A program made the position numbers and the translations under genes. A stretch of 64,000 nucleotides of DNA from positions 55,982 to 119,981 of the IMG/VR virus record IMGVR_UViG_3300005613_000009; one strand, 5' to 3'. Numbering within the stretch: position 1 is the first letter of the stretch; the number at the start of each line of letters is the position of its first letter. Shown here piece after piece: positions 55,495-64,000 of this stretch. This stretch comes from a virus. The notes beneath the pieces are model-generated. The model saw nothing but the letters and a program-made list of their open reading frames with translations, did not search any database and was not told where the DNA came from.

Positions 55495-56079
55495 TTAAAT
55501 ATCTGAGAAATCATCAGTTTTTACACCTACAGAATTATTATTGGTGCTTACTTTTTGCACATTAGCAACAGCAACCGCTTCATAGCCGTTAAATTTGACT
55601 CTGGTATTTGATCTAATTGCACCAGTTTTCTCATCTGTCCATTTATTCAGTTCGGTTTCTAAAATAACTTGCCTATTTAGTGTTCCGTTTGCCCACATTT
55701 CATTCGAGACATTGTTTCCACCGTTTCCAATCAAATCAAATCGTTTCGCAATTAATATACGTCTTTTTCGCATACCATCTTTTTCGTCAGGATGATATAG
55801 ATTGACTGAGTCCCAAATGAACCGGCCTTCCAAGTGTTCAAACTCATCAGGTTTTACACTTTGTTCGTTTATCTCAAGAACCTTATCAATACTGAATTTT
55901 AGGTTGGCAGCTATACAGCTATAACTGTTAAAGTTTCTTTGAACTGGAATAGATTCAATACAGGTGCAAAGAAATTTTCCGACCGGAAGTTTCCCCATAG
56001 ATTCTGCATCTGCAACATCAGTGTCGGTTATAGTTTCGATTTGATCTTCCACTTCATCCCAAGACAAATTTTCTTCCAT
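55495..56079 (-). CDS. DUF669-like putative phage ssDNA-binding protein
   Basis: LPVGKF.C; acidic termini (DDFSDI); follows the AAA recombinase. Confidence 0.6.
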   Translation of the reverse strand: MEENLSWDEVEDQIETITDTDVADAESMGKLPVGKFLCTCIESIPVQRNFNSYSCIAANLKFSIDKVLEINEQSVKPDEFEHLEGRFIWDSVNLYHPDEKDGMRKRRILIAKRFDLIGNGGNNVSNEMWANGTLNRQVILETELNKWTDEKTGAIRSNTRVKFNGYEAVAVANVQKVSTNNNSVGVKTDDFSDI

Positions 56080-56215
56080 ATTTATTCCCCCTTTTCTATA
56101 TAACTTTTAATTTTCCGAGTTTCCTTATAATAGGTTATCCATGTCCCAGGATAACCCAATACCTTAATGCCTGCATCGTTGACAACCTCGCGACCATACC
56201 TTATTAATAAGGTGA

Positions 56216-57343
56216 TCAGACCGCGGGGCTCTCGATAGGGCGCATGTCCTCCAAATTTTTAATAAATTGTTGTAACTGAGAATTATCCATTTCCTTTGCC
56301 GAATTAACATTAAATGGCATAATCAAATTCATCCAATCTTTTTTATCAACAATCCTTAGCTCTTTTTTAAGGGCAACAACTTGGCTTAAAAGAGACTTGT
56401 ATTGGTCAACAACAGACTCTGATTCGGATGGTTTAATTTCAGTTGATTCGTTTTCAATTGGTTGTGATTCATTTATTACAGGATCGTTGGTTTCTTTTTC
56501 AATGACTTGTTCTTCCGGAATTTCTTTTTCTGTTTTGTCTTTTTTGGTTCCTGTAGTTTTAACATTGATTACTTGACCTGGCTTTACAACTGCGTCTATT
56601 GACAAATCATGGCCAAATGCATTTGAGATATAGTCAGCAGCATCTTTGTCAGAGTTCCAAGGAATAACTTTTTGGACCTGCAGGGAATGGGTTCGATCTT
56701 TACGTTTTACAACCCCCTGAAATCCACCACCTTTTGCATCTTCTATTTCGACAACGGTATCAAAATAATGTGCCATTTTTTTTGGACCATCAGGGATTTT
56801 TCCTTCAACTTTCATGCCCTCGCCCCATTTATCCTTGGCATGACATGTAGCGATAACGTTGAAATCACAAGCCAAAAGCATACGAACAAAATTATACGCT
56901 TCCCGGTTAATCGCCTGATAGTCTCTCGGCTGAATTACATAGTAATCCTTTTTATTTCCGGAACTGGTAACTTCTCGTTTTAAGAACAAATCAGCATATT
57001 TACTGACCAAACTTTGGTAATAAACGCTGAATGAATCAATAACGAGTGTTTTTATGCCGTTTGGGGACTTGATAAGATCTTTGACAGACTGAAATACTTC
57101 ATCAGGATCAACTGTTTGTTTTCTTCTGAACCGAAATTCGCCGCCATAATGATCAGTGCCGAATTCTGTGTCAATAACAGCCATAGCTGGTTTGTCACTG
57201 TCAGGTACATTACCTAACCGAAGAGCTGTTCGCGTTTTATAACAACCTTCAGGTCCCCAAAAAAATAGTTTATATTTTTTCTTTTTTGGTGTTGCAATTT
57301 CCCAATCCATTTGTGTTTTCTCCTTTATCTTTGTGGTTATCAA
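56216..57343 (-). CDS. AAA_24/Sak4-like recombination ATPase (start probably MDWEI)
   Basis: GPEGCYKT Walker A, IDTE.G, LVIDS Walker B. Confidence 0.8.
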   Translation of the reverse strand: MITTKIKEKTQMDWEIATPKKKKYKLFFWGPEGCYKTRTALRLGNVPDSDKPAMAVIDTEFGTDHYGGEFRFRRKQTVDPDEVFQSVKDLIKSPNGIKTLVIDSFSVYYQSLVSKYADLFLKREVTSSGNKKDYYVIQPRDYQAINREAYNFVRMLLACDFNVIATCHAKDKWGEGMKVEGKIPDGPKKMAHYFDTVVEIEDAKGGGFQGVVKRKDRTHSLQVQKVIPWNSDKDAADYISNAFGHDLSIDAVVKPGQVINVKTTGTKKDKTEKEIPEEQVIEKETNDPVINESQPIENESTEIKPSESESVVDQYKSLLSQVVALKKELRIVDKKDWMNLIMPFNVNSAKEMDNSQLQQFIKNLEDMRPIESPAV

Positions 57344-57557
57344 TGTTCTGCATGTAACTATACTTATGGTTAAGAGTTATAAAAATAAGATCGTTATAAT
57401 ATAATTGAGGCATAAGCCATGCCCTGATATCAATCCCGGTTGCTTTTTCTAATTTCTCTGCTGTTGAAGCACTGGGCCGACGTCTTTCATGTAAAATGTC
57501 GCATATGAACGACTTCGAAACCCCGACTTTGTTAGCAATTTCAGTTTGTTTCAGCAT
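57270..57557 (-). CDS. Cro-like XRE-family HTH regulator
   Basis: KQTEIANKVGVSKSFICDIL..RRRPS. Confidence 0.8.
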   Translation of the reverse strand: MLKQTEIANKVGVSKSFICDILHERRRPSASTAEKLEKATGIDIRAWLMPQLYYNDLIFITLNHKYSYMQNIDNHKDKGENTNGLGNCNTKKEKI

Positions 57558-57601
57558 TTATTTTCTCCATATTTATCCTCCACGGTGAACAAGTGTTTCC
57601 A

Positions 57602-57692
57602 TTTATACTCTTTTAGCGTATAGTTTGTCAAGCATTTTTATTTGTCTGCCTGCATTTTTTTTCTTGACATAAGTTCGCTGATAGCGTATGGT
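57602..57692. promoter_or_regulatory. divergent cro/cI promoters, each with an operator
   Basis: Minus: TTGACA-N18-TATAAA with TACTCT-TTT-AGCGTA. Plus: TTGACA-N17-TATGGT with TTCGCT-GAT-AGCGTA. Confidence 0.8.
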
Positions 57693-57747
57693 TAATATCG
57701 TAAAAAAAGAGAAAGGCAACCAAATTTAAACTGAAGAAAGGAGACCC

Positions 57748-58242
57748 ATGGGAAAACAGAACGATTTCCAACAAGCCTTTGTTGCTGGTGTTAAAAGATT
57801 ATTGTCATCAAAATGGGGATCTCAAACCAGGCTCGCAAAAGATGCCGGCATTAAACCTTCGTATTTATGTGACATCTTAAACAATAGAAAGAAAGGTACA
57901 GAAAAAACCCGCAAGTCAATCGCCAAAGGTCTTGGCAAAACTTATCAGGAAGTATTGAATAATGGTTTTAACTCATTAAGAAATGTAACCCAGCCTTATG
58001 CAGAAGTCTGTAACGGAATTCAGCCTTTTACAGAAGACTATGCCTGTCTTATTTATCAATTTGCTGCCAAAGAAGTAAGCCTCGAAGGTTCCCATTTTTT
58101 TACGCATGATTCATTAAAAAAGATTCGACCGCCAGGTTGGGTTGATTATTTGAACCAGGAAATTTCTGAAGATGCTCTTTATGAAATAGCGAAAAAAGAA
58201 ATGGAACGTATTAGGATAATGATCAAAAAAAAGACAGGATAA
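57748..58242 (+). CDS. CI-like XRE-family repressor
   Basis: SQTRLAKDAGIKPSYLCDILNNRK; divergent from cro; followed by ImmA. Confidence 0.8.
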   Translation: MGKQNDFQQAFVAGVKRLLSSKWGSQTRLAKDAGIKPSYLCDILNNRKKGTEKTRKSIAKGLGKTYQEVLNNGFNSLRNVTQPYAEVCNGIQPFTEDYACLIYQFAAKEVSLEGSHFFTHDSLKKIRPPGWVDYLNQEISEDALYEIAKKEMERIRIMIKKKTG

Positions 58243-58320
58243 TAATAATTTTGTTTTTTTTAGTCTGGGTGCAGAACAATTAAATCGGTTAATCTTATTT
58301 GACCGGAAAGGCGGTAAATA

Positions 58321-59475
58321 GTGCAAACAAACAACTCTGATCCGGGATTATTTCATGTTAATTTTGACCAATACTCATATATGAATTATATAAATGATAA
58401 TTGTTTGAATTATTTGGGTGTAAAAGAAGAAAGCCATTTTAATCGATTTTTTATCGATTATTTCCAAAGATATGCGGATAAATATTATATTCCACAGGAT
58501 GAACAGGAAATAATTGCACAAAAAATAGCCAATTCAAATGTTCCTGATAAACCCTTCTTTATTGCAGATTTTAACATTTTTGTGAATTGTGAGTTGCGTA
58601 GACATCGTTGGGTTGCTGCATTATCTGAAAATTGTTTTAAGTTTCCGAAAAAAAATCTTGAATTTGTTTCATTCGGATGTGATTGTGAACATGATTATAA
58701 CCAGAAATATAGTAATTTTTTGAACTCTTTAAGAACTACTTATCATATATTTACAACAATTAGGTATAAAATACCATGGCTGAAAAAATATATATTGAAT
58801 AAGAAATATGGAACATATGATGTTTTAGAATTAATGAAACGTCTAGATATACTCTGTGTTAAAGATTATACTATTAACTACAGTATGTCATTTATCGACA
58901 AATACCGAACCAATAAAGAACAGAGCATCATTATATATAACCCAAGTCTGCCGAAAATTATTCTGGATAGGATTTTGTTCCATGAGATGGCGCACCATAT
59001 CTTGGGCCATATTAATAAAGAAAATAAAGAACATTGTTTTCCTTTAGGATGGAATTTAACTAATTCATATGTCGAAAAGGAAGCCAATATGTTTGCCGAT
59101 ATGATGTTTTTTAAACCATCGTACTTGATTAATTGTCTTGCAAAAAACAATCTAAATGAAGACTATCTATTGAATGAATTGTTAGATAGAGATCTATTTT
59201 ATTTGTGCAATCTATTTCCAAGGACTACAGGTAAAAAATGTGATAATTTTTTTCTGTCTAATGATATTAGATCATTTTGCAGATTAATGATTAATTCATT
59301 TGTTGAAAGCACCTTAAGCGTGTATTTTCTTTTAGTGAATAATATTTTCAATCTTTTCATGGACAGCCCCAAGAGTATCTTATCGAAATATTATGGAATT
59401 TTATTCAGTACTATTTATAAGCTTAGCAAACTGTATCCAGAAAAATTTGCCTGTTTTTCACCTTTAGTTAGTTAA
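58321..59475 (+). CDS. ImmA/IrrE-family Zn metallopeptidase
   Basis: F.LFHEMAHH (HExxH) and E.EAN.FA motifs. Confidence 0.75.
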   Translation: MQTNNSDPGLFHVNFDQYSYMNYINDNCLNYLGVKEESHFNRFFIDYFQRYADKYYIPQDEQEIIAQKIANSNVPDKPFFIADFNIFVNCELRRHRWVAALSENCFKFPKKNLEFVSFGCDCEHDYNQKYSNFLNSLRTTYHIFTTIRYKIPWLKKYILNKKYGTYDVLELMKRLDILCVKDYTINYSMSFIDKYRTNKEQSIIIYNPSLPKIILDRILFHEMAHHILGHINKENKEHCFPLGWNLTNSYVEKEANMFADMMFFKPSYLINCLAKNNLNEDYLLNELLDRDLFYLCNLFPRTTGKKCDNFFLSNDIRSFCRLMINSFVESTLSVYFLLVNNIFNLFMDSPKSILSKYYGILFSTIYKLSKLYPEKFACFSPLVS

Positions 59476-59479
59476 CCTG

Positions 59480-59522
59480 ATAAAAAAAACACCTATACTG
59501 ATTGGTATGGGTGTTTTTTTTC
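59480..59522. terminator. probably bidirectional terminator
   Basis: ACACCTATAC/GTATGGGTGT stem with A/T tracts. Confidence 0.75.
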
Positions 59523-59577
59523 TTGACATTGTACGCTGTAAGTGTATAATCAATTTTAAAAATTCGCTGTCAACGTA
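59523..59577 (+). promoter_or_regulatory. sigma70 promoter with two operator copies
   Basis: TTGACA-N16-TATAAT; TACGCT-GTA-AGTGTA and TTCGCT-GTC-AACGTA. Confidence 0.75.
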
Positions 59578-59609
59578 ATAAACAACGTAACGGAGGATAT
59601 AAAATATAT

Positions 59610-59990
59610 ATGATTAATTGGGACAATCTTCGAACCGGTTATAATGAAAAAAACGGAACCGATTACAAAACTGTTGAACAAATGGCAATTGAGCTTTATT
59701 CAATGACACTGTCTCTGACGAAATCCGCTAAAATCCTTGGTGTATCACGGCCACAATTTGCAAAAAAAATTGGGAATTTCTCACTTGTTAAAAGTGGAAA
59801 TCGTAGGGGCATTAAATATCAAATGTTTCTGGCGATTACAGCTGAAGACATGGCGGAAATGACTCGGCATGAAATCATGGAGGCATGTAACATCTGCAGC
59901 AGTTATGTTGACAAACTGATTGCTAAATACAATCGTAAATTTAAAAGGATGGGAAACTTCAGAAAAAATGGATCCAAAACAATGCTGTAA
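59610..59990 (+). CDS. putative HTH DNA-binding protein
   Basis: SLTKSAKILGVSR; GGAGG RBS. Confidence 0.6.
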   Translation: MINWDNLRTGYNEKNGTDYKTVEQMAIELYSMTLSLTKSAKILGVSRPQFAKKIGNFSLVKSGNRRGIKYQMFLAITAEDMAEMTRHEIMEACNICSSYVDKLIAKYNRKFKRMGNFRKNGSKTML

Positions 59991-59999
59991 CTGACTTCA

Positions 60000-60227
60000 A
60001 TGTTATTGTATACAATGAAAGCAATACTAAATTTTTGTGGATGGATAAAGAAAGACGATGTTGACGATGTGGCTATACGCAGAGGGTGGGTTCGAATAGC
60101 ATTTTGTCCTCCTATGGAAGTACTAGCACGCAATGGAGATATAAAGTGTAACGAATCCTTTACAACTGTAGATTTATACCATGTTGGCTATTCAAATAAT
60201 TTACCAGTATTTGAATATGAACCATAA
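60000..60227 (+). CDS. hypothetical protein
   Basis: ORF in the plus-strand operon. Confidence 0.45.
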   Translation: MLLYTMKAILNFCGWIKKDDVDDVAIRRGWVRIAFCPPMEVLARNGDIKCNESFTTVDLYHVGYSNNLPVFEYEP

Positions 60228-60245
60228 CAATAGTAGGAGAAAGCT

Positions 60246-60548
60246 TTGAGTAAAAAACATTGGGGACACGAATATTATATAGGTATAGAAACAGGCGAAA
60301 AAATCGGAGATGCAATGGGAAGAATGTTCATAGGAGAACATGTTTGGCACTCAGTATGTGCCGCTATTGAAGCAATTAAAAAAAATAATGATTTGAGAGC
60401 TTTAATGTTGTTGCGTACATTGAAATTTATGCTTGCTGATGTTACCGGTAACGAAAACGAAGATGATACTTTTAATTTTAAACCTGCTATCAAGACCACT
60501 TCAGCCAATGCAGATGAAACACAAGTTAATAATGGGATTATTAAATAA
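60246..60548 (+). CDS. hypothetical protein
   Basis: AGGAG RBS, TTG start. Confidence 0.6.
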   Translation: MSKKHWGHEYYIGIETGEKIGDAMGRMFIGEHVWHSVCAAIEAIKKNNDLRALMLLRTLKFMLADVTGNENEDDTFNFKPAIKTTSANADETQVNNGIIK

Positions 60549-60550
60549 TA

Positions 60551-60772
60551 ATGTATGCAGAAATGAATTCGAAGGATAAACGTATTACAATTCAACAAGT
60601 TGATAACAAAATGAACAAACTTCGTGTTGAAAACGATCAATTACGAGATGCGTTGGATGATGTACTTAAAGCATTAAAAGTTATTCACACCTGGGCATCA
60701 TACGCAGGCGGATGGTCGCTTGATCCTGATCACGTGGTAAAATTAATTGATCGTACATTGGAAAAAATATGA
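60551..60772 (+). CDS. hypothetical protein; paralogous C-terminus to 33680..33910
   Basis: Shared motif. Confidence 0.6.
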   Translation: MYAEMNSKDKRITIQQVDNKMNKLRVENDQLRDALDDVLKALKVIHTWASYAGGWSLDPDHVVKLIDRTLEKI

Positions 60773-61020
60773 CGGATGAAATGACCAAAAAACACCTACT
60801 GGAAATATGCTTGGATTACGCGAAAAACCTTGAATCTTACATTACCTTTTCACGTGACGATATGATTCGTGGTCTTAATATCGGTATGGATGCCGTGAAA
60901 GAGGCGGAATCCCGAAACGTAGCCGACAAAGAACTATGCGCTTTTTGTTCAGCGCCGTTTACCCCCAGTCCAAACTTTTGTTTCAATTGTGGCCGGAGAA
61001 TAAGTGACCGTGACAAGTGA
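60769..61020 (+). CDS. hypothetical protein with a C-terminal zinc ribbon
   Basis: CAFC...FCFNCG. Confidence 0.6.
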   Translation: MTDEMTKKHLLEICLDYAKNLESYITFSRDDMIRGLNIGMDAVKEAESRNVADKELCAFCSAPFTPSPNFCFNCGRRISDRDK

Positions 61021-61126
61021 TGGAGAAAATATCTTGACACCCGCCGCACAAATATATGATGCTGACCCCCGGGGAAGGGGTGGTGTTTGTATGAACGAAT
61101 CAAGGGGTCCGAAACGGGTCCGAAAT

Positions 61127-61193
61127 GGGGCTGGGTCATAGACCTGGTGGACTTATGCGCGCAAGGAGTTCGATTCTCCGCCCGGCCCCGCCA
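61127..61193 (+). ncRNA. 67-nt tRNA-like RNA lacking one arm, ending GCCA
   Basis: GGGGCTGG(GT)/(GC)CCGGCCCC acceptor; GGAG-TTCGATT-CTCC T-arm; one other hairpin. Confidence 0.55.
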
Positions 61194-61208
61194 AGAAAGG
61201 ATTAAATC

Positions 61209-61508
61209 ATGGAATGGATATCAGTTAAAGACAGACTGCCAGAAATACCCGAAGGAAGATTTGGAATATCAGTTTTGACGGCAGAGTTTGACCATATCTA
61301 CGATGAAATCTGCCCTGGAAAGGGATACTCGGTCCAGGAGGGTGACTATATGGTAGTAACTGACGTGGACCGTAAAAAGTGGAAATGGCCCGATGACATA
61401 AAAGCTGATTTTATGGCGCGATATTCTGGATCTGGCGAGACCATTTTCGGACCAACCGCGAATAAGGTGACCCATTGGATGCCGATGCCAGATTCGCCTC
61501 AGTTGTGA
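61209..61508 (+). CDS. DUF551-family protein
   Basis: MEWISVKDRLPE...VTHWMPMP. Confidence 0.85.
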   Translation: MEWISVKDRLPEIPEGRFGISVLTAEFDHIYDEICPGKGYSVQEGDYMVVTDVDRKKWKWPDDIKADFMARYSGSGETIFGPTANKVTHWMPMPDSPQL

Positions 61509-61633
61509 GTTATGACCAAAGCCAAGAGCCGTCTTGAGCAAGACCCAAAATGCCCTGGCGGTTTGCCTGCAAAATATCACGCTGTATTGATGGAGATAGG
61601 AATGTTGGTCGGGGAGAAGATGAGAAGAACGGC

Positions 61634-61891
61634 TTAAATCGTATCCCCACCACGACAATACCGTTTAACTTCGAGGTCTGTCTCTGCTAATTTTTCAATA
61701 ACTTTTGGACTGATCGCCCCTCTCAAATTCTTGGTGAAGTTCCTTGGGGTTTTGCCGCGATAAATATCCCACAATCCCGCTAATAATGTGACAGCTTTAT
61801 CGTCCCACACCCAATCCGTTTTTTTTGCTGCGAATTTGAGCCCACCAAGGAGCAAAGGTGCCCCGATACTCGTTATAATCCAGGATAACAT
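61634..61891 (-). CDS. small membrane-associated (holin-like?) protein; start revised to MLSWI
   Basis: AGGAG RBS; AKKT....DDK.V..L motif; hydrophobic N-terminus. Confidence 0.5.
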   Translation of the reverse strand: MLSWIITSIGAPLLLGGLKFAAKKTDWVWDDKAVTLLAGLWDIYRGKTPRNFTKNLRGAISPKVIEKLAETDLEVKRYCRGGDTI

Positions 61892-61940
61892 TTTATTTCT
61901 CCTGAATAGTAGCCACCAAAAAAGGCGGCTACTACTTAAG

Positions 61941-62123
61941 TTACTGTTGGTAATTAAACAGTCCATCCATCATAGCGAGGACGCGGTCATCATAAATATG
62001 CTCTGGGTCATCTACAGCATTGATGATCAGATCCCGGATAAAGAGTGGGTAAACAGTGTCCGCTACAGAAAACGCGGTTGCCTCAGTCGATGAAATTACA
62101 GTGTTAGGGGTTAGATTTGTCAT
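61941..62123 (-). CDS. hypothetical protein
   Basis: AGGAG RBS; DDP....DD.VL motif. Confidence 0.5.
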   Translation of the reverse strand: MTNLTPNTVISSTEATAFSVADTVYPLFIRDLIINAVDDPEHIYDDRVLAMMDGLFNYQQ

Positions 62124-62146
62124 TGTTTTTTCTCCTATTTTTAGAT

Positions 62147-62737
62147 TTACGGTTTGATTTCCAGTTTCTCCCTGACCTGCTTGCTATGCCGAATCCCATC
62201 CGGCGTTAGAATATAATGTCCGGCTATTTTTTCGTAGTCAGCATAAAAAATACCGTTGTAAACCCTGTCAACCAATTCAGTGCAGTAATACGTTTTATTG
62301 TCAGACGAGAAATCGAAATCATACGGAACATTTTTGTCTGCCAGAATTAAAGCCTCTTTTACCGCTGTCTCCCTTGTCATTGCAGCGTAGGGCATAAATT
62401 TGTTTTGTGGCGATATGTTAAGAACGCAAATCGCATCGCATCGGCAGAAGTTCAGGATATCCTCTTGGATAACTCCCTGGCCGACTGCATGAACGATTTG
62501 ATTATTGCCAACGTACAGACCCGCATGCCCGAAAAAACCTGGACAAAAAACTGTATTAAGATAGGCGCTAAACCGCCTAAGTAAGATGTCGCCACCCCTT
62601 ACAGTAGCCAAAATCTCCCGCACTTGTGGACCTTTTACAGAATGCAATTGTGGTTTATATTGAATCCACAATGGGTATTTAGAGAATTTGATATCTCCTG
62701 TTGCTTTTATAAGAAATTTAGGGAATTTAACCTTCAT
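62147..62737 (-). CDS. YiiX/YebB-like permuted papain-fold (NlpC/P60) amidase
   Basis: GDILL, GHAGLYVG, IVHAV, PYDFDF, YCTELV motifs. Confidence 0.85.
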   Translation of the reverse strand: MKVKFPKFLIKATGDIKFSKYPLWIQYKPQLHSVKGPQVREILATVRGGDILLRRFSAYLNTVFCPGFFGHAGLYVGNNQIVHAVGQGVIQEDILNFCRCDAICVLNISPQNKFMPYAAMTRETAVKEALILADKNVPYDFDFSSDNKTYYCTELVDRVYNGIFYADYEKIAGHYILTPDGIRHSKQVREKLEIKP

Positions 62738-63797
62738 TTAATAACCCCTCATAAAAAGAATTCCAAACCTTAACACTATCTCTTCCACTCGGAAGCATAA
62801 TATTCATAGAATTCTGTTTTATTAATTCTTTACATTTATTCATGATACTCTTTTTCTTTTTCATAGTTTCATGAAATGCTTTGACTGTGCGAATCTTAAT
62901 ACTTGGATCATTTTTTAATGTTTGTTTATATTTTTTAATTGCATTTTGCATTATTTCTGGATTATCATTATATGTTTTTCTTCTATTCTTTTGAGAATCG
63001 ATCAAGATATTTGGATTGCTTTCAATCGTCTTTCTATATTTCTCTGTTGCTTTTTTTACAATTTGAGGATTGTTCTTTAAAGTTTCTATTCTTTTTTCAT
63101 GGATATTCTTCATTATTCTGGGATTTTCTTTCAATGTTTTCTTTCTTTTTGTATGGATTGTCTTCATTATTTCAGGATTATCTTTAAATACTTTCCTAAT
63201 TTTCTTACTTGTATTTTTCAAAATTTCAGGATTTTCTTTGTATGTTTGCTTAAGTGTTTTACTTATTTGCTCCATTATTTCAGGATTATCTTGATAGGTT
63301 TTTTTTAATGTTTCTGTTGCTTTCAATTTAAGTTCAGGATTATCTTTCAATGTTTTTAATCGTTTTCTTGAAGCTTCTTTCATTATTTCTGGATTGTCTT
63401 TCAATGTTTGTTTATGTTTTTCTTTAGTCCAATTAGATGGAGCATATCCTTCTCCCCCACATGATAAATTACATAATTGACCACCTTCCCAAACAAAACC
63501 ATATCTATCAATATATTTTTTCTCTAACTCAAATGCTTTACTTTCTTCATTTGTAAATATAAATATAAAGTATCCTAATTTATTTTCTTCAATTGCTTTA
63601 TTTACCTGCTTTTCTTTAAAATCATTAAACCGTGCTCTACTAAAACGCTCATGGCTAAAGATTCTGGCACCACAGCCTTTGCCTATATAAAATGGGAATT
63701 TATTGTAGCATAAAGCATACACATAATACTTCTTACTGGATTTTCGTAAAAGTGCATTTACAGATCTTTTAGAAATTGTATTCTTTATTCGAATCAT
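62727..63797 (-). CDS. GIY-YIG (LEM-3-like) endonuclease with ten 18-aa tandem repeats
   Basis: YYVYAL...FYIGKG...R...H, E..A..LE..I; repeats of KT(L/Y)KDNPEI. Confidence 0.85.
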   Translation of the reverse strand: MIRIKNTISKRSVNALLRKSSKKYYVYALCYNKFPFYIGKGCGARIFSHERFSRARFNDFKEKQVNKAIEENKLGYFIFIFTNEESKAFELEKKYIDRYGFVWEGGQLCNLSCGGEGYAPSNWTKEKHKQTLKDNPEIMKEASRKRLKTLKDNPELKLKATETLKKTYQDNPEIMEQISKTLKQTYKENPEILKNTSKKIRKVFKDNPEIMKTIHTKRKKTLKENPRIMKNIHEKRIETLKNNPQIVKKATEKYRKTIESNPNILIDSQKNRRKTYNDNPEIMQNAIKKYKQTLKNDPSIKIRTVKAFHETMKKKKSIMNKCKELIKQNSMNIMLPSGRDSVKVWNSFYEGLLNEG

Positions 63798-63994
63798 GAT
63801 ATAATTATCCTATTAAGATACCCATCAAACCGTCTTAACAAAATATCCCCAGCTTCAACCTCGTTAAGTACTTGCCGGACGTGCTCACCTCGGACTTTGT
63901 GGATGTCGGGTTTGTATACGAACCACGGGAATCTGTTGTGAATCATTGTATGCCCGGTAAATTCAATAATCCATTTCGGCAGTTTCATTTTCAC
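63794..63994 (-). pseudogene. truncated 5' copy of the YiiX-like amidase gene
   Basis: Aligns with residues 1-61 of 62147..62737 up to GDILLRRF..YLN, then stops. Confidence 0.75.
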
Positions 63995-64000
63995 GTTCTC

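Noticed and set aside
1-64000. Alternative genetic code (stop-codon reassignment) and integrase/att or host-chromosome junction
   Set aside because: Long genes translate intact in the standard code and end with TAA, TAG or TGA; no suppressor tRNA, integrase or host genes were recognised

Overview
The whole 64 kb looks like the early/replication arm of a large, AT-rich, probably temperate bacteriophage or phage-like mobile element. No host housekeeping genes, integrase or virion structural genes are recognisable. The ThyA and RtcB types suggest an anaerobic, possibly Desulfobacterota-like host (inference). Nearly all genes from 1 to 57.6 kb are on the minus strand. Left to right: (1) an ICE/plasmid-like RadC, DNA methyltransferase and SNF2-type helicase module; (2) dozens of small hypothetical ORFs; (3) a 19.5-21.9 kb array of promoter-gene-terminator cassettes, one of which appears to carry a ~430-nt highly structured non-coding RNA instead of an ORF; (4) SSB, SLOG-type and pentapeptide-repeat genes; (5) a candidate iteron origin at 31.2-32.1 kb; (6) RNA ligase, tRNAs and tRNA-like RNAs, ThyA, a primase-MCM helicase fusion, an ERCC4 nuclease, an rtcB whose core is replaced by an HNH gene, a split RecD2, a radical SAM enzyme and a recombination module; (7) a Cro/CI/ImmA switch with a recognisable operator; (8) a GIY-YIG nuclease with ten 18-aa repeats between two copies of an amidase gene start. 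Family names come from recognising motifs by eye. No database searches or folding programs were run.
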